Shown: positions 46,562 through 54,500 of the stretch, one piece after another
Numbering within the stretch: the first letter of the stretch is position 1
Layout: each line of letters opens with the position of its first letter
IMG/VR virus record: IMGVR_UViG_3300033555_000001
Span: 160,001-224,000 of that record
DNA from: a virus
Taxonomy: Duplodnaviria > Caudoviricetes
Length of the DNA: 64,000 nt
Reading direction: 5' to 3' (one strand)
The notes under the pieces: model-generated
The model's input: only the letters and a program-made list of their open reading frames with translations
Database searches by the model: none
Told to the model about the DNA's origin: nothing
Made by a program: the position numbers and the translations under genes

Positions 46562-47989
46562 ATGCCAACATGTAAAATATGCGGATACGCTCATGAGATA
46601 ATGATTCACTTTACTCATATCAGAAAACATGGTATGACGGTTCAGGAATATAAGCTAAAATTTCCCGGAGCCGCGCTGCGTGTGCAGAGCGAAGAATCTA
46701 AATTAAAAATGTCGGCCTCTAAAACAGGAAAGCCTTCTGGACTAAAGGGGAAAATCAGGTCTGAAGAACACTCTAAAAATATATCGGCCGCGCTAAAAGA
46801 AGCTTACTCTTCAGGAAAAATACAACATTGGAACTCAGGTAACACTACTCCACTGTGCGTTAAGGAAAAAATTGCGCAGGGAAATAGAGGCACAATAAAT
46901 GCTGGAAACATAAAGCAAAAGTTAAAAAAGCAGGAGAGAATTAAAGCCGGTGCCATAGCGTTTGGCTGTGAAGTGTTAAGCTGTGATGTAGAAGAACGCA
47001 CCACAGTAAAGTGCCTTGAATGTAAACACGTGTTTAGTTTTACAAACCAAATATTTTATGAAACTCGTTTAGAAAAGACTGGAAAGCTATGCCCGTCTTG
47101 TCAACCGCGAATTACATATTCTTCTGCGGGTGAGCAAGAGCTATTAAATTTCATCAAGTCAGTTTATGCTGGAATAATAATACCCAATGACCGAGGCGCT
47201 CTTGGAGGAAAAGAATTAGACGTTTATTTACCTGAACTCAAGATTGCATTTGAGTACACGGGGTTGTATTGGCACGCTGAAAAACAGAACCCAATAAACA
47301 AGCACTTGTTGTGGAAGAGAGACTTTGCGTTCAATCAAGGAGTCGAACTAATTACTGTGTTTGAAGATGAGTGGCACGATAAACAAGACATTGTTAAGTC
47401 TAGAATTATGAACATGCTAGGTCTTCAGGGTTTTAAATCTGCGGCCAGAAAATTAAAAATAGGTGTTCCATCCGTTAAAGAGAAGAATTTATTTCTGACT
47501 GAGAATCACTTGCAGGGTAGAGATACAAGTTCTGACTGGGCTGCGCTTATGGATGGTGGCGAGATCGTGTGCATTGCCACTTTTAAGAAAACTAGTATAT
47601 CAAAAGGCGGTTCTGGTGATCAGTGGGAATTAAGCAGGTTTGCATCAAAATTAAACACCCAGGTGCAGGGCGGAGCCAGCAGGCTTGTAAGCTGGTTTGT
47701 GCGCAAATACAAAGCAGACCTGGTGTCTTACGCTGATTCTAGATGGAGCACTGGAAAACTTTATAGAACTATGGGATTTGATTTTATCCATCGCTCTTCT
47801 CCAAGCTATTGGTACTTGTTAGATGGTTACAAACGACGCGTGCACCGCTCTGCGTTCATGAAACATCGACTTGTAAAATGTGAAGAGGATAAAGCTTTTA
47901 CGGAATGGGAACTTGCTCAGCAAGCAGGCATGGATCGCATTTGGGATTGCGGCACAACAAAGTGGCTGTTAAAGTACAATCCAAATTAA
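46562..47989 (+). CDS. Hef-like homing endonuclease with GNAT-like C-domain
   Basis: ELDVYLPELKIAFEYTGLYWH; CLEC/CPSC zinc ribbon; ELSRFAS; SYADSRWSTGKLY; IWDCG. Confidence 0.75.
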   Translation: MPTCKICGYAHEIMIHFTHIRKHGMTVQEYKLKFPGAALRVQSEESKLKMSASKTGKPSGLKGKIRSEEHSKNISAALKEAYSSGKIQHWNSGNTTPLCVKEKIAQGNRGTINAGNIKQKLKKQERIKAGAIAFGCEVLSCDVEERTTVKCLECKHVFSFTNQIFYETRLEKTGKLCPSCQPRITYSSAGEQELLNFIKSVYAGIIIPNDRGALGGKELDVYLPELKIAFEYTGLYWHAEKQNPINKHLLWKRDFAFNQGVELITVFEDEWHDKQDIVKSRIMNMLGLQGFKSAARKLKIGVPSVKEKNLFLTENHLQGRDTSSDWAALMDGGEIVCIATFKKTSISKGGSGDQWELSRFASKLNTQVQGGASRLVSWFVRKYKADLVSYADSRWSTGKLYRTMGFDFIHRSSPSYWYLLDGYKRRVHRSAFMKHRLVKCEEDKAFTEWELAQQAGMDRIWDCGTTKWLLKYNPN

Positions 47990-48033
47990 GTGTACACTTT
48001 TTACTGAATAAAGTATTATATCCATCCCAGCGC

Positions 48034-48041
48034 TATAAATA
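48034..48041 (+). promoter_or_regulatory. Perfect T4-type late promoter TATAAATA
   Basis: Exact match to the T4 late consensus, upstream of 48077. Confidence 0.75.
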
Positions 48042-48076
48042 AGTATGTTCAACGTTTACACACCAAAAGGAACACA

Positions 48077-48430
48077 ATGACATACATCGCTGAATTAAAT
48101 CGTACACGGCATCTTGCTGGCTTACAGCCGCTGTCAGAGGCTCAAACGTCAAAAATCTCTTCAGAGCTTAATGAAGCGTTTATCGAGCTAGATTGGGCTC
48201 TTGGTAATACGCCTAAAGAAGTTGAAAAGCTCGTTAAAGCAGCTGCAGAAAAAGAAGACTTAAAAGCAGAAATCATCACAATGGACGGCCCGGGCGGTGG
48301 CAACCCGCTTGTAAGATTCTCAGGTAAAAAAGCTAACATTAAGAAGTTTCTAGTAACATATTGCCATGGCGACGAAACTGAAGCAGATTTCATGATGAAT
48401 GACATTGGTCATAAGCAAGGGACTAGATAG
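48077..48430 (+). CDS. Putative head-internal protein with LNRxRxLAG leader
   Basis: MTYIAELNRTRHLAGLQPLSE; late promoter and AAGG Shine-Dalgarno upstream. Confidence 0.6.
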   Translation: MTYIAELNRTRHLAGLQPLSEAQTSKISSELNEAFIELDWALGNTPKEVEKLVKAAAEKEDLKAEIITMDGPGGGNPLVRFSGKKANIKKFLVTYCHGDETEADFMMNDIGHKQGTR

Positions 48431-48548
48431 GTATCTTTTTGCGGACCAACGTACTTATTCACGTACGAAAACATCCAAATTTATTTATATCCCAATCCGC
48501 GTTGTTAGTACTGGCGCAAATATCTAAAGCAGCAATTAAGCAATAATG

Positions 48549-48575
48549 AAAGGGACCCGAAGGTCCCTTTTTATT
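48549..48575 (+). terminator. Intrinsic terminator after the orphan sheath-end copy
   Basis: AAAGGGACC-CGAA-GGTCCCTTT followed by a T tract. Confidence 0.8.
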
Positions 48576-48581
48576 TGAGCT

Positions 48582-48878
48582 TTATTCTCTAGTTTCAACA
48601 ACCGTGCGTTTAACTCTGCTAATCATAACGGTTGCTTTAGTGCCACTTTTGATAGCTGCTCGTGTGAAATGAGATCTAATATCAGAAGCCCAGCCACCCC
48701 ATACTGGGCCGTATTCTACGTCCATTGAGATTGTGTTCTGGTTATTTGGTCCTGGTATAATCGTTTTCTTACGGACAGTGATTGTCCCAGGTAAAAAGCT
48801 TTCAATTTGCTTGAGAAGCTCGAGTTTGCCGCCCTGAATTTGTACTTCGGCTGTGAGGAGACCCTTGGTCTTTTGCAT
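48582..48878 (-). CDS. Hypothetical protein
   Basis: AGGAG Shine-Dalgarno upstream. Confidence 0.55.
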   Translation of the reverse strand: MQKTKGLLTAEVQIQGGKLELLKQIESFLPGTITVRKKTIIPGPNNQNTISMDVEYGPVWGGWASDIRSHFTRAAIKSGTKATVMISRVKRTVVETRE

Positions 48879-48981
48879 GTTAATGCTCCTGATTAGAATG
48901 CTGCAGCAGGTCGCCGCAGTAAAGGAATTCTAAGCTAGTATGATTTTTCAGTAATATTAGGAATCAGGTTAGGCGACAAAG

Positions 48982-49776
48982 TTAGGAAAGTATTGTCTTT
49001 AATCTGACTAACTCCTGCTTTTGTTTGTGCTTCCACAAGAGCTCCCAAAACTCATGAATTACAATTCCCTGCTCTGCAGCGTATGCAAGTTTATCAGCTT
49101 CGCGTGACCCATCGCCTGGGTGCCAGTATTCACCGTGGTATTCAAAACCAATTTTTAAATCTGGAAGATAGATGTCAATTTCTTTTGGCTTTATCGCTTG
49201 GCGATCATTCACAATAATCCGACCAGTATATAGTGCTTTCACGGCCTCATACAGTTCACCTTGCCCCCGAGATACATGGCAGGACGGACACCAAATACCA
49301 GTCACGCGAGTAAACGGCCGGCTAAAAACTTCACCGCATATATGGTGCCACTTGTATTCGTTTTGCATGCCAGGAATAATCTCATCAACTGGTGTAATGC
49401 CCTTTACTGCAAGTTTATCAAGCTTAGCCTGCGCACGATTGTTGAAGTGCGCGCTTTTCATGTCATAAGAAGTCTGCGCTTTCCATTCAGGATCTGCCCA
49501 GAGCTTTTCGTGACGTATAGATTTTTCTGGAGCTAATAATGCTTGAGCACACTTCATTGAACACACTTTTCTGTAACCCACTGTGTAATTTATCCAGTTT
49601 GTTAGCTTTCCGCAGTAACATGTTGGCCGTATGTTTAAGACGTTCCAGGCCTTCTCGGAAATGCTATTACCATGATATTCATTCAACCATATTAGGCGCT
49701 CAGCGTTGCGCCATTTACCAGCACAATATTTGCCATCTTGGAACAAGGCAACGATGAGTTCAGTTTGTTTTGTCAT
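48982..49776 (-). CDS. Short Hef-like endonuclease (no GNAT-like C-domain)
   Basis: CYCG...GYRKVCS; EIDIYLPDLKIGFEYHGEYWH. Confidence 0.7.
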   Translation of the reverse strand: MTKQTELIVALFQDGKYCAGKWRNAERLIWLNEYHGNSISEKAWNVLNIRPTCYCGKLTNWINYTVGYRKVCSMKCAQALLAPEKSIRHEKLWADPEWKAQTSYDMKSAHFNNRAQAKLDKLAVKGITPVDEIIPGMQNEYKWHHICGEVFSRPFTRVTGIWCPSCHVSRGQGELYEAVKALYTGRIIVNDRQAIKPKEIDIYLPDLKIGFEYHGEYWHPGDGSREADKLAYAAEQGIVIHEFWELLWKHKQKQELVRLKTILS

Positions 49777-49881
49777 TCGCTATTTAGAGTAATTTTTGAT
49801 TGAAACCTTGTAATCTGTAGATAAACCCATAAATACACTGAAGCTGCTCAAGCTGTACAAACCTTAATAGGAGTTATCAAA

Positions 49882-50475
49882 TTGGCAACATTATCGAATT
49901 TCGGAATTCCCGGCGCAGGTTCGGGAATCCTTCACCCAAAAATGCGTAATAAATGGAGGGTGACATTTCAGGATATTAGTCGCCTAGTATCTGGCGCAAA
50001 CAGCCGTAACCTTACAATGCAGGCAGTTACTGTTAGCCGCCCACAAATTGAATTTGAAGAAGTTGCAATTCACCGCTACAATTCAACTGCTTATATTGCC
50101 GGCAAGCACACATGGTCACCAATGAGTTTGACGGTAGACGATGATATTACTGGTCTAGCATCAAAAGTTGTTAAGGGCCAACTTGAAACACAGCAGCGCC
50201 TTGTTGGTGTTGACTTGGACGGCCGCTGGTTGAATACTGCAGCTACTGGTTCAGACTATAAATTTGGTGTTAAGCTTGAGCAATTAGACGGCGATGAGGG
50301 TGTTGTTGAATCGTGGATCCTTGAAGGCGTAATGATTCAGGCTGCCGATTTTGGTGAAGGCGATTATTCTTCTTCAGAGGCTATGACAATTCAGCTAACG
50401 CTGCGTTTTGATCACGCGCGCTGTATTGACGCTGGTGAGGGTTATGGAAGCGCGTTAGGCGGAAACGTTTCTTAG
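49882..50475 (+). CDS. Tail tube protein (gp19-like)
   Basis: TTG start; VSRPQIEFEEV, AGKHTWSPM and IQLTLRFD motifs. Confidence 0.9.
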   Translation: MATLSNFGIPGAGSGILHPKMRNKWRVTFQDISRLVSGANSRNLTMQAVTVSRPQIEFEEVAIHRYNSTAYIAGKHTWSPMSLTVDDDITGLASKVVKGQLETQQRLVGVDLDGRWLNTAATGSDYKFGVKLEQLDGDEGVVESWILEGVMIQAADFGEGDYSSSEAMTIQLTLRFDHARCIDAGEGYGSALGGNVS

Positions 50476-50487
50476 TAATTTTTTAAA

Positions 50488-50512
50488 TTTAAAGGGCCTG
50501 CTTTTTGCAGGC
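50488..50512. repeat. 25-nt direct repeat of the tube-gene terminator (second copy at 50830-50854)
   Basis: 23/25 identical; only the downstream copy keeps the full AAAGGGCCTG/CAGGCCCTTT stem. Confidence 0.75.
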
Positions 50513-50524
50513 TTTTATTGGATC

Positions 50525-50812
50525 TTGGAGAATAAATTGAATCTTGTTGAAACATTAAACAGAGCACGCGAGCTTGCCGGAATGGAGCCGCTGTCAGAAG
50601 CTGCAGCCAAAAAAATATCTAGCCCGTCATATAAAATTACATGGGAGGGTTATCCAAATAATCCTAAGCCAGAAACTCATGGCATTGAGTATTTTACAGA
50701 TGACCTGGCATTTGACAATGATGATCGTAATAAAATTAAAGATCTCGGAGTTGGCGACAAACATGTTATGGCTGGTCCTATGGACTCCGTCACGGTTGTT
50801 CGGATAAAGTAA
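50525..50812 (+). CDS. Putative head-internal protein with LNRxRxLAG leader
   Basis: ...VETLNRARELAGMEPLSE. Confidence 0.55.
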   Translation: MENKLNLVETLNRARELAGMEPLSEAAAKKISSPSYKITWEGYPNNPKPETHGIEYFTDDLAFDNDDRNKIKDLGVGDKHVMAGPMDSVTVVRIK

Positions 50813-50933
50813 TCTAGTTAAAAGTAGTTTTTAAAGGGCCTGTTTCTTGCAGGCCCTTTTAGTATGCGCAGTAGATTAATACACACGCTTGAGTATAGCT
50901 AAATATCTTATTACTTTATAGCCTGGAAATATA

Positions 50934-51245
50934 ATGAAACTTAGCGAAATTATTGGCGAGTCAGCGGTTAGTTACACGGTTCAGCCGACAAAACGATTTT
51001 GGCTGGTATTTGCCGAGCCCACATCCTTTAAGCAGTTAACACAGGATAAAAAATTCCTGGCGCACGCCGGCCCGCACACTACTTTTTTAGACGTTTCAGA
51101 TGTTGAAGATGTTAAACTGTCTCCTGGCGAAAATAAGTGGAATGCTATGAAGCGGCTTTATAGTAATGACGAAGATGAAATCACTTGCTCCAACTCTGGT
51201 GTTCCAACAGAATGGGTGTGTCTTGCAATCAACGTGTCCATCTAA
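50934..51245 (+). CDS. Putative head-internal protein
   Basis: Leader MKLSEIIGE; late promoter upstream. Confidence 0.55.
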   Translation: MKLSEIIGESAVSYTVQPTKRFWLVFAEPTSFKQLTQDKKFLAHAGPHTTFLDVSDVEDVKLSPGENKWNAMKRLYSNDEDEITCSNSGVPTEWVCLAINVSI

Positions 51246-51247
51246 AA

Positions 51248-52537
51248 ATGCCCGACATCTCAAAATTAGTTAAAGTTGCCGGTATTGATGCCGAGAGAAC
51301 GGCCACCGAGCTGTTCGGCATTGCCGTGGAGGACTTTGCGGCCAAGCCACTGAATGCACTATTAAAGGGTGCATTAGGTGGGCCTGAGAATCCGCCGGTG
51401 AACCGCAACGATGGATCGTGGTATGCAACCTCGTACGCCGCAAGCCAGGCTAACTCACTGTTTCGCCCAAAGCTAAAGTTCTTATTTCGCGTTGAATTCT
51501 TGTTTAAGCCTGAAATTTTAGAGCAATACCAGGCACAAACAGCCGCGTGGAAAAATAACTTTACGTTCCTAATTAAGTCAGTCGATCGCCCTAAGGTTGA
51601 CTTTGAATACGAAGAAATCAATCAGTACAATTTTAGAACAAAAGTTCTAAAGATGATCAAGCACCGAGAGCTCACCATGACCTTCTCGGACGACGTTGGA
51701 AATACAGTGTATGAATTTTTTAGATTCATGCTCATGGTGCACTCTCCAATTACCCGACGCTCAGCTGGTTCCTCGCACAACATTGCGGACTATACTTCCT
51801 CTTCCAGCACCGGAAATGGTATGTTATTCTCTGGAAATCTGGGCAACTTAGAAGACAGCGCCAGCCGTGGCGTGCTTAACACTGACGTTGGTAATGCGAT
51901 TCAGGCAATTAAAATTACTCAGATGTTTGTACAGCCGGGCTCGGCTCAGCATGATCTTGATACTGGCGCAAAAGAAGTCTCGTTTATCTTTATTAACCCG
52001 CGTATGGTTTCTTTTGATCTTGATGATTTGAACCATGAGACCAGTGAAGCAAACTTGTTTACTATGCAGTTTGATTACGACTCAATGGTGCTCACTGACG
52101 CCAGATTGCTGCAGGCCCTGCCACCTGAAAAATCAATGCCACCAGTAGGCACTGCTCCTGGAGAAGCCGCACCGACTGGTCGAGCTCCTGGAGATCAAAA
52201 TCCAGAGGGTAATAATAATCCTTATACCAAGCTGCTGTCGGGAGTTGCTGCCAGAGCAGCACAACGCATCACTAGCGAAACAATTGGCCGCCAACTGCGC
52301 CGCGTGCCGGGGTTAGGATCAGTATCAGATGTACTTGGCGGGCTTGTGCAGGGGATTACGCGTGACCGTGTAGCCGGGCTTGGGTCAGCGCTTAATCAGT
52401 CTTTTGCCAGACCAAGTCGCGATGTTGTTTCTGATAACTCAACCGCCGGCCGTGACAGCAGCACCTTTGTTACCTCACGTGGCGGATTTGGCACTGATCA
52501 ACCAAGCGTAGACTCAATAGAAGAATCGGGAACATAA
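51248..52537 (+). CDS. Tube-like baseplate protein (gp19/gp54 paralog)
   Basis: RPKLKFLFRVEF, IKSVDRPKVDFE, LTMTFSDD and FTMQFDYD motifs. Confidence 0.75.
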   Translation: MPDISKLVKVAGIDAERTATELFGIAVEDFAAKPLNALLKGALGGPENPPVNRNDGSWYATSYAASQANSLFRPKLKFLFRVEFLFKPEILEQYQAQTAAWKNNFTFLIKSVDRPKVDFEYEEINQYNFRTKVLKMIKHRELTMTFSDDVGNTVYEFFRFMLMVHSPITRRSAGSSHNIADYTSSSSTGNGMLFSGNLGNLEDSASRGVLNTDVGNAIQAIKITQMFVQPGSAQHDLDTGAKEVSFIFINPRMVSFDLDDLNHETSEANLFTMQFDYDSMVLTDARLLQALPPEKSMPPVGTAPGEAAPTGRAPGDQNPEGNNNPYTKLLSGVAARAAQRITSETIGRQLRRVPGLGSVSDVLGGLVQGITRDRVAGLGSALNQSFARPSRDVVSDNSTAGRDSSTFVTSRGGFGTDQPSVDSIEESGT

Positions 52538-52983
52538 TGGCCGGAACACGCAAAACATTTCAGGGAAGATTTATGCCTAAGAACCCAGGTAAATACTTGG
52601 GCAACGTTGGGAAAATAATTTTTCGATCAGGTTGGGAACTGCGAATGTTTCAGTGGTTTGATGCTACCCCATCTGTTTTACAGTGGGCAAGCGAAGAGTT
52701 TTCAGTTCCATATCTGTCACCACTTGATAACAAAGTGCACCAGTACTATCCGGATGCGTTTGTCATCTATAAAGATAAGTTTGGAAATTTGCAAAAAGAA
52801 ATTATTGAAATTAAACCGTACAAAGAAACAGTGCTTGGCCCAAAATCAACAGAGCGTGACAAGTTAGCGTGGGTAGTTAATCAGGCTAAATGGAAAGCTG
52901 CCGCACTGTTTGCTGAGCAACAGGGCTCTAAGTTCCGAGTAGTAACAGAAAAGTCTATGTTCGCCAATGGAAAAACAAAATGA
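52537..52983 (+). CDS. Head completion nuclease (gp4-like, TnsA-type)
   Basis: FMPKNPGKYLG, FRSGWE, WASEE, YYPD and EIKP motifs. Confidence 0.9.
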   Translation: MAGTRKTFQGRFMPKNPGKYLGNVGKIIFRSGWELRMFQWFDATPSVLQWASEEFSVPYLSPLDNKVHQYYPDAFVIYKDKFGNLQKEIIEIKPYKETVLGPKSTERDKLAWVVNQAKWKAAALFAEQQGSKFRVVTEKSMFANGKTK

Positions 52984-52984
52984 T
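52970..52984. repeat. 15-nt exact direct repeat at the stop/start junction (second copy at 53449-53463)
   Basis: GAAAAACAAAATGAT flanks ORF 52980-53462. Confidence 0.6.
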
Positions 52985-53462
52985 TCTTTTGCGAGAACTG
53001 TTGGGCAGCCCTCTCGAATATACTTGGGTACAGCAACACGATGCTTACTGGAGAGCAGAATTTTTTGTTAATGGAGTTAGTTACTCAGTTATTGCAAGTG
53101 AAGAAAATAATTTTAAAGATGAAGGCGGAAATGATGCCGTGTATTGGGAAATATCGTTTGCGCAAACTGAAAAATCATTGACTGGAACTAAAACTAATTC
53201 TGGTGGAGAGTTACAAGTTTTTTCAACCGTTCAAGCAGCGGTGTTTGATTTCTTAGATCAGAAAAAACCCGATTGGATTGGCATAAGCTCAACTAAAAAA
53301 GAAGAGAACAGATTTAATTTATACTTACGAATGATCAACCGGTTAACGAGTAAACTTAACGGTATGGGTTATTCTTTGCATTCGTGCCCAACTTATGGAG
53401 ACACGTCTATCCAGCAATATCTGGATCAATATGAAACTTATTGCATGAGAAAAACAAAATGA
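52980..53462 (+). CDS. Putative head-internal protein, paralog of 55890
   Basis: Leader MILLRELLG; WEISF...NSGGELQVFSTV. Confidence 0.6.
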   Translation: MILLRELLGSPLEYTWVQQHDAYWRAEFFVNGVSYSVIASEENNFKDEGGNDAVYWEISFAQTEKSLTGTKTNSGGELQVFSTVQAAVFDFLDQKKPDWIGISSTKKEENRFNLYLRMINRLTSKLNGMGYSLHSCPTYGDTSIQQYLDQYETYCMRKTK

Positions 53463-53905
53463 TACCTTCAAAATTTAGTAATCCTCTTGATAGTCTTTTT
53501 GACATTGAAGCGGGTGATCGTGACGAGATGCAGGAATACGTCTCCACAACTGAAAATGAGATAACGGCACAGGCCCCTGCTGTAGTGGAAAAAGATCAAG
53601 AGGACATTGATACTGATCGTAAAATAGACGAGGTGTATGATACTGCGCTTAACTCATTTCAAGAACTAGTAGCGTACACGCAGATTATTGAGCCGCGCTA
53701 CGCAGCCCGCAATGCGGAAGTTGCTGCCACGTACTTAAGCCTGGCACTGCAGGCTGCTACTTCAAAGGCTAAGTTAAAAACCGACCGCAAGCGCGTTGCA
53801 ACGTTTATTCCAGGCGGTAACAAGGTTACTAACAATACTGTTGTGTGTTCAAGAGAAGAAATTATGCGAATGATTTCTGTAGATGCTGAAGTCAAGAAGA
53901 TCTAA
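53459..53905 (+). CDS. Terminase small subunit-like (gp16-like)
   Basis: Helical EPRYAARNAEVAATYLSLAL...NNTVVCSREEIMRMI; upstream of the large terminase. Confidence 0.6.
   Translation: MIPSKFSNPLDSLFDIEAGDRDEMQEYVSTTENEITAQAPAVVEKDQEDIDTDRKIDEVYDTALNSFQELVAYTQIIEPRYAARNAEVAATYLSLALQAATSKAKLKTDRKRVATFIPGGNKVTNNTVVCSREEIMRMISVDAEVKKI
53864..53905. repeat. 42-nt direct repeat: 3' end of the small terminase-like gene (second copy at 54349-54390)
   Basis: 38/42 identical; 3 of 4 differences are synonymous. Confidence 0.9.
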
Positions 53906-53928
53906 TTATTAGACAAGGGAGATACACA

Positions 53929-54342
53929 ATGCAATTACTTCAAGAATTATTAGGTTTGCTCAAGGGGCAAAAGCAAAAAGGCAGGTTGACTGAAGCAGAA
54001 AAGACGGGCTATCAGATCAAAGTTGATTCAGCCGTTAGAGGAAATTGGAAGGATTCGCATTTGAATGCTGCTTCACTTGACGATATAGCCAGTGCGGTTT
54101 CCGCTTCACCAGTAGATGATCAGGCTCATGACAAATTTAACCTGAGCAAACTTACCACATTAGTTACAGATTTTATTGGTGTTGGGCCTGGTGGTCAAGG
54201 AACATCCTGGGAAGAAATAGACTATGACGTGGTATCCTTACAAGATGATGTGCTGAAAATTAGCTGGAGATTTTCAGGTGTAAAGCAGAGCGACACAGAA
54301 GTGGTAAAAACAGGCATGATTACAATAATGCCAGCTGAATAA
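53929..54342 (+). CDS. Putative head-internal protein
   Basis: Leader MQLLQELLG; enclosed by the 42-nt repeats. Confidence 0.55.
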   Translation: MQLLQELLGLLKGQKQKGRLTEAEKTGYQIKVDSAVRGNWKDSHLNAASLDDIASAVSASPVDDQAHDKFNLSKLTTLVTDFIGVGPGGQGTSWEEIDYDVVSLQDDVLKISWRFSGVKQSDTEVVKTGMITIMPAE

Positions 54343-54500
54343 AATAACATGCGAAAGATCTCTGTAGACGCTGAAGTCAAGAAGATTTAATTTACTAAAC
54401 AGATGTACATTAATTTAACAGATGTACATTAATGTTGCCATTAAATAACTGAGTCCTGTCTAGCCAGACTCTCTAAATACTCGACAACCTGGAGATAGCC

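Noticed and set aside
46472-48464. Group I intron in the sheath gene
   Set aside because: The upstream copy already completes the gene with a stop and a terminator, and I could not identify P/Q/R/S elements; the duplicated-end model fits better.
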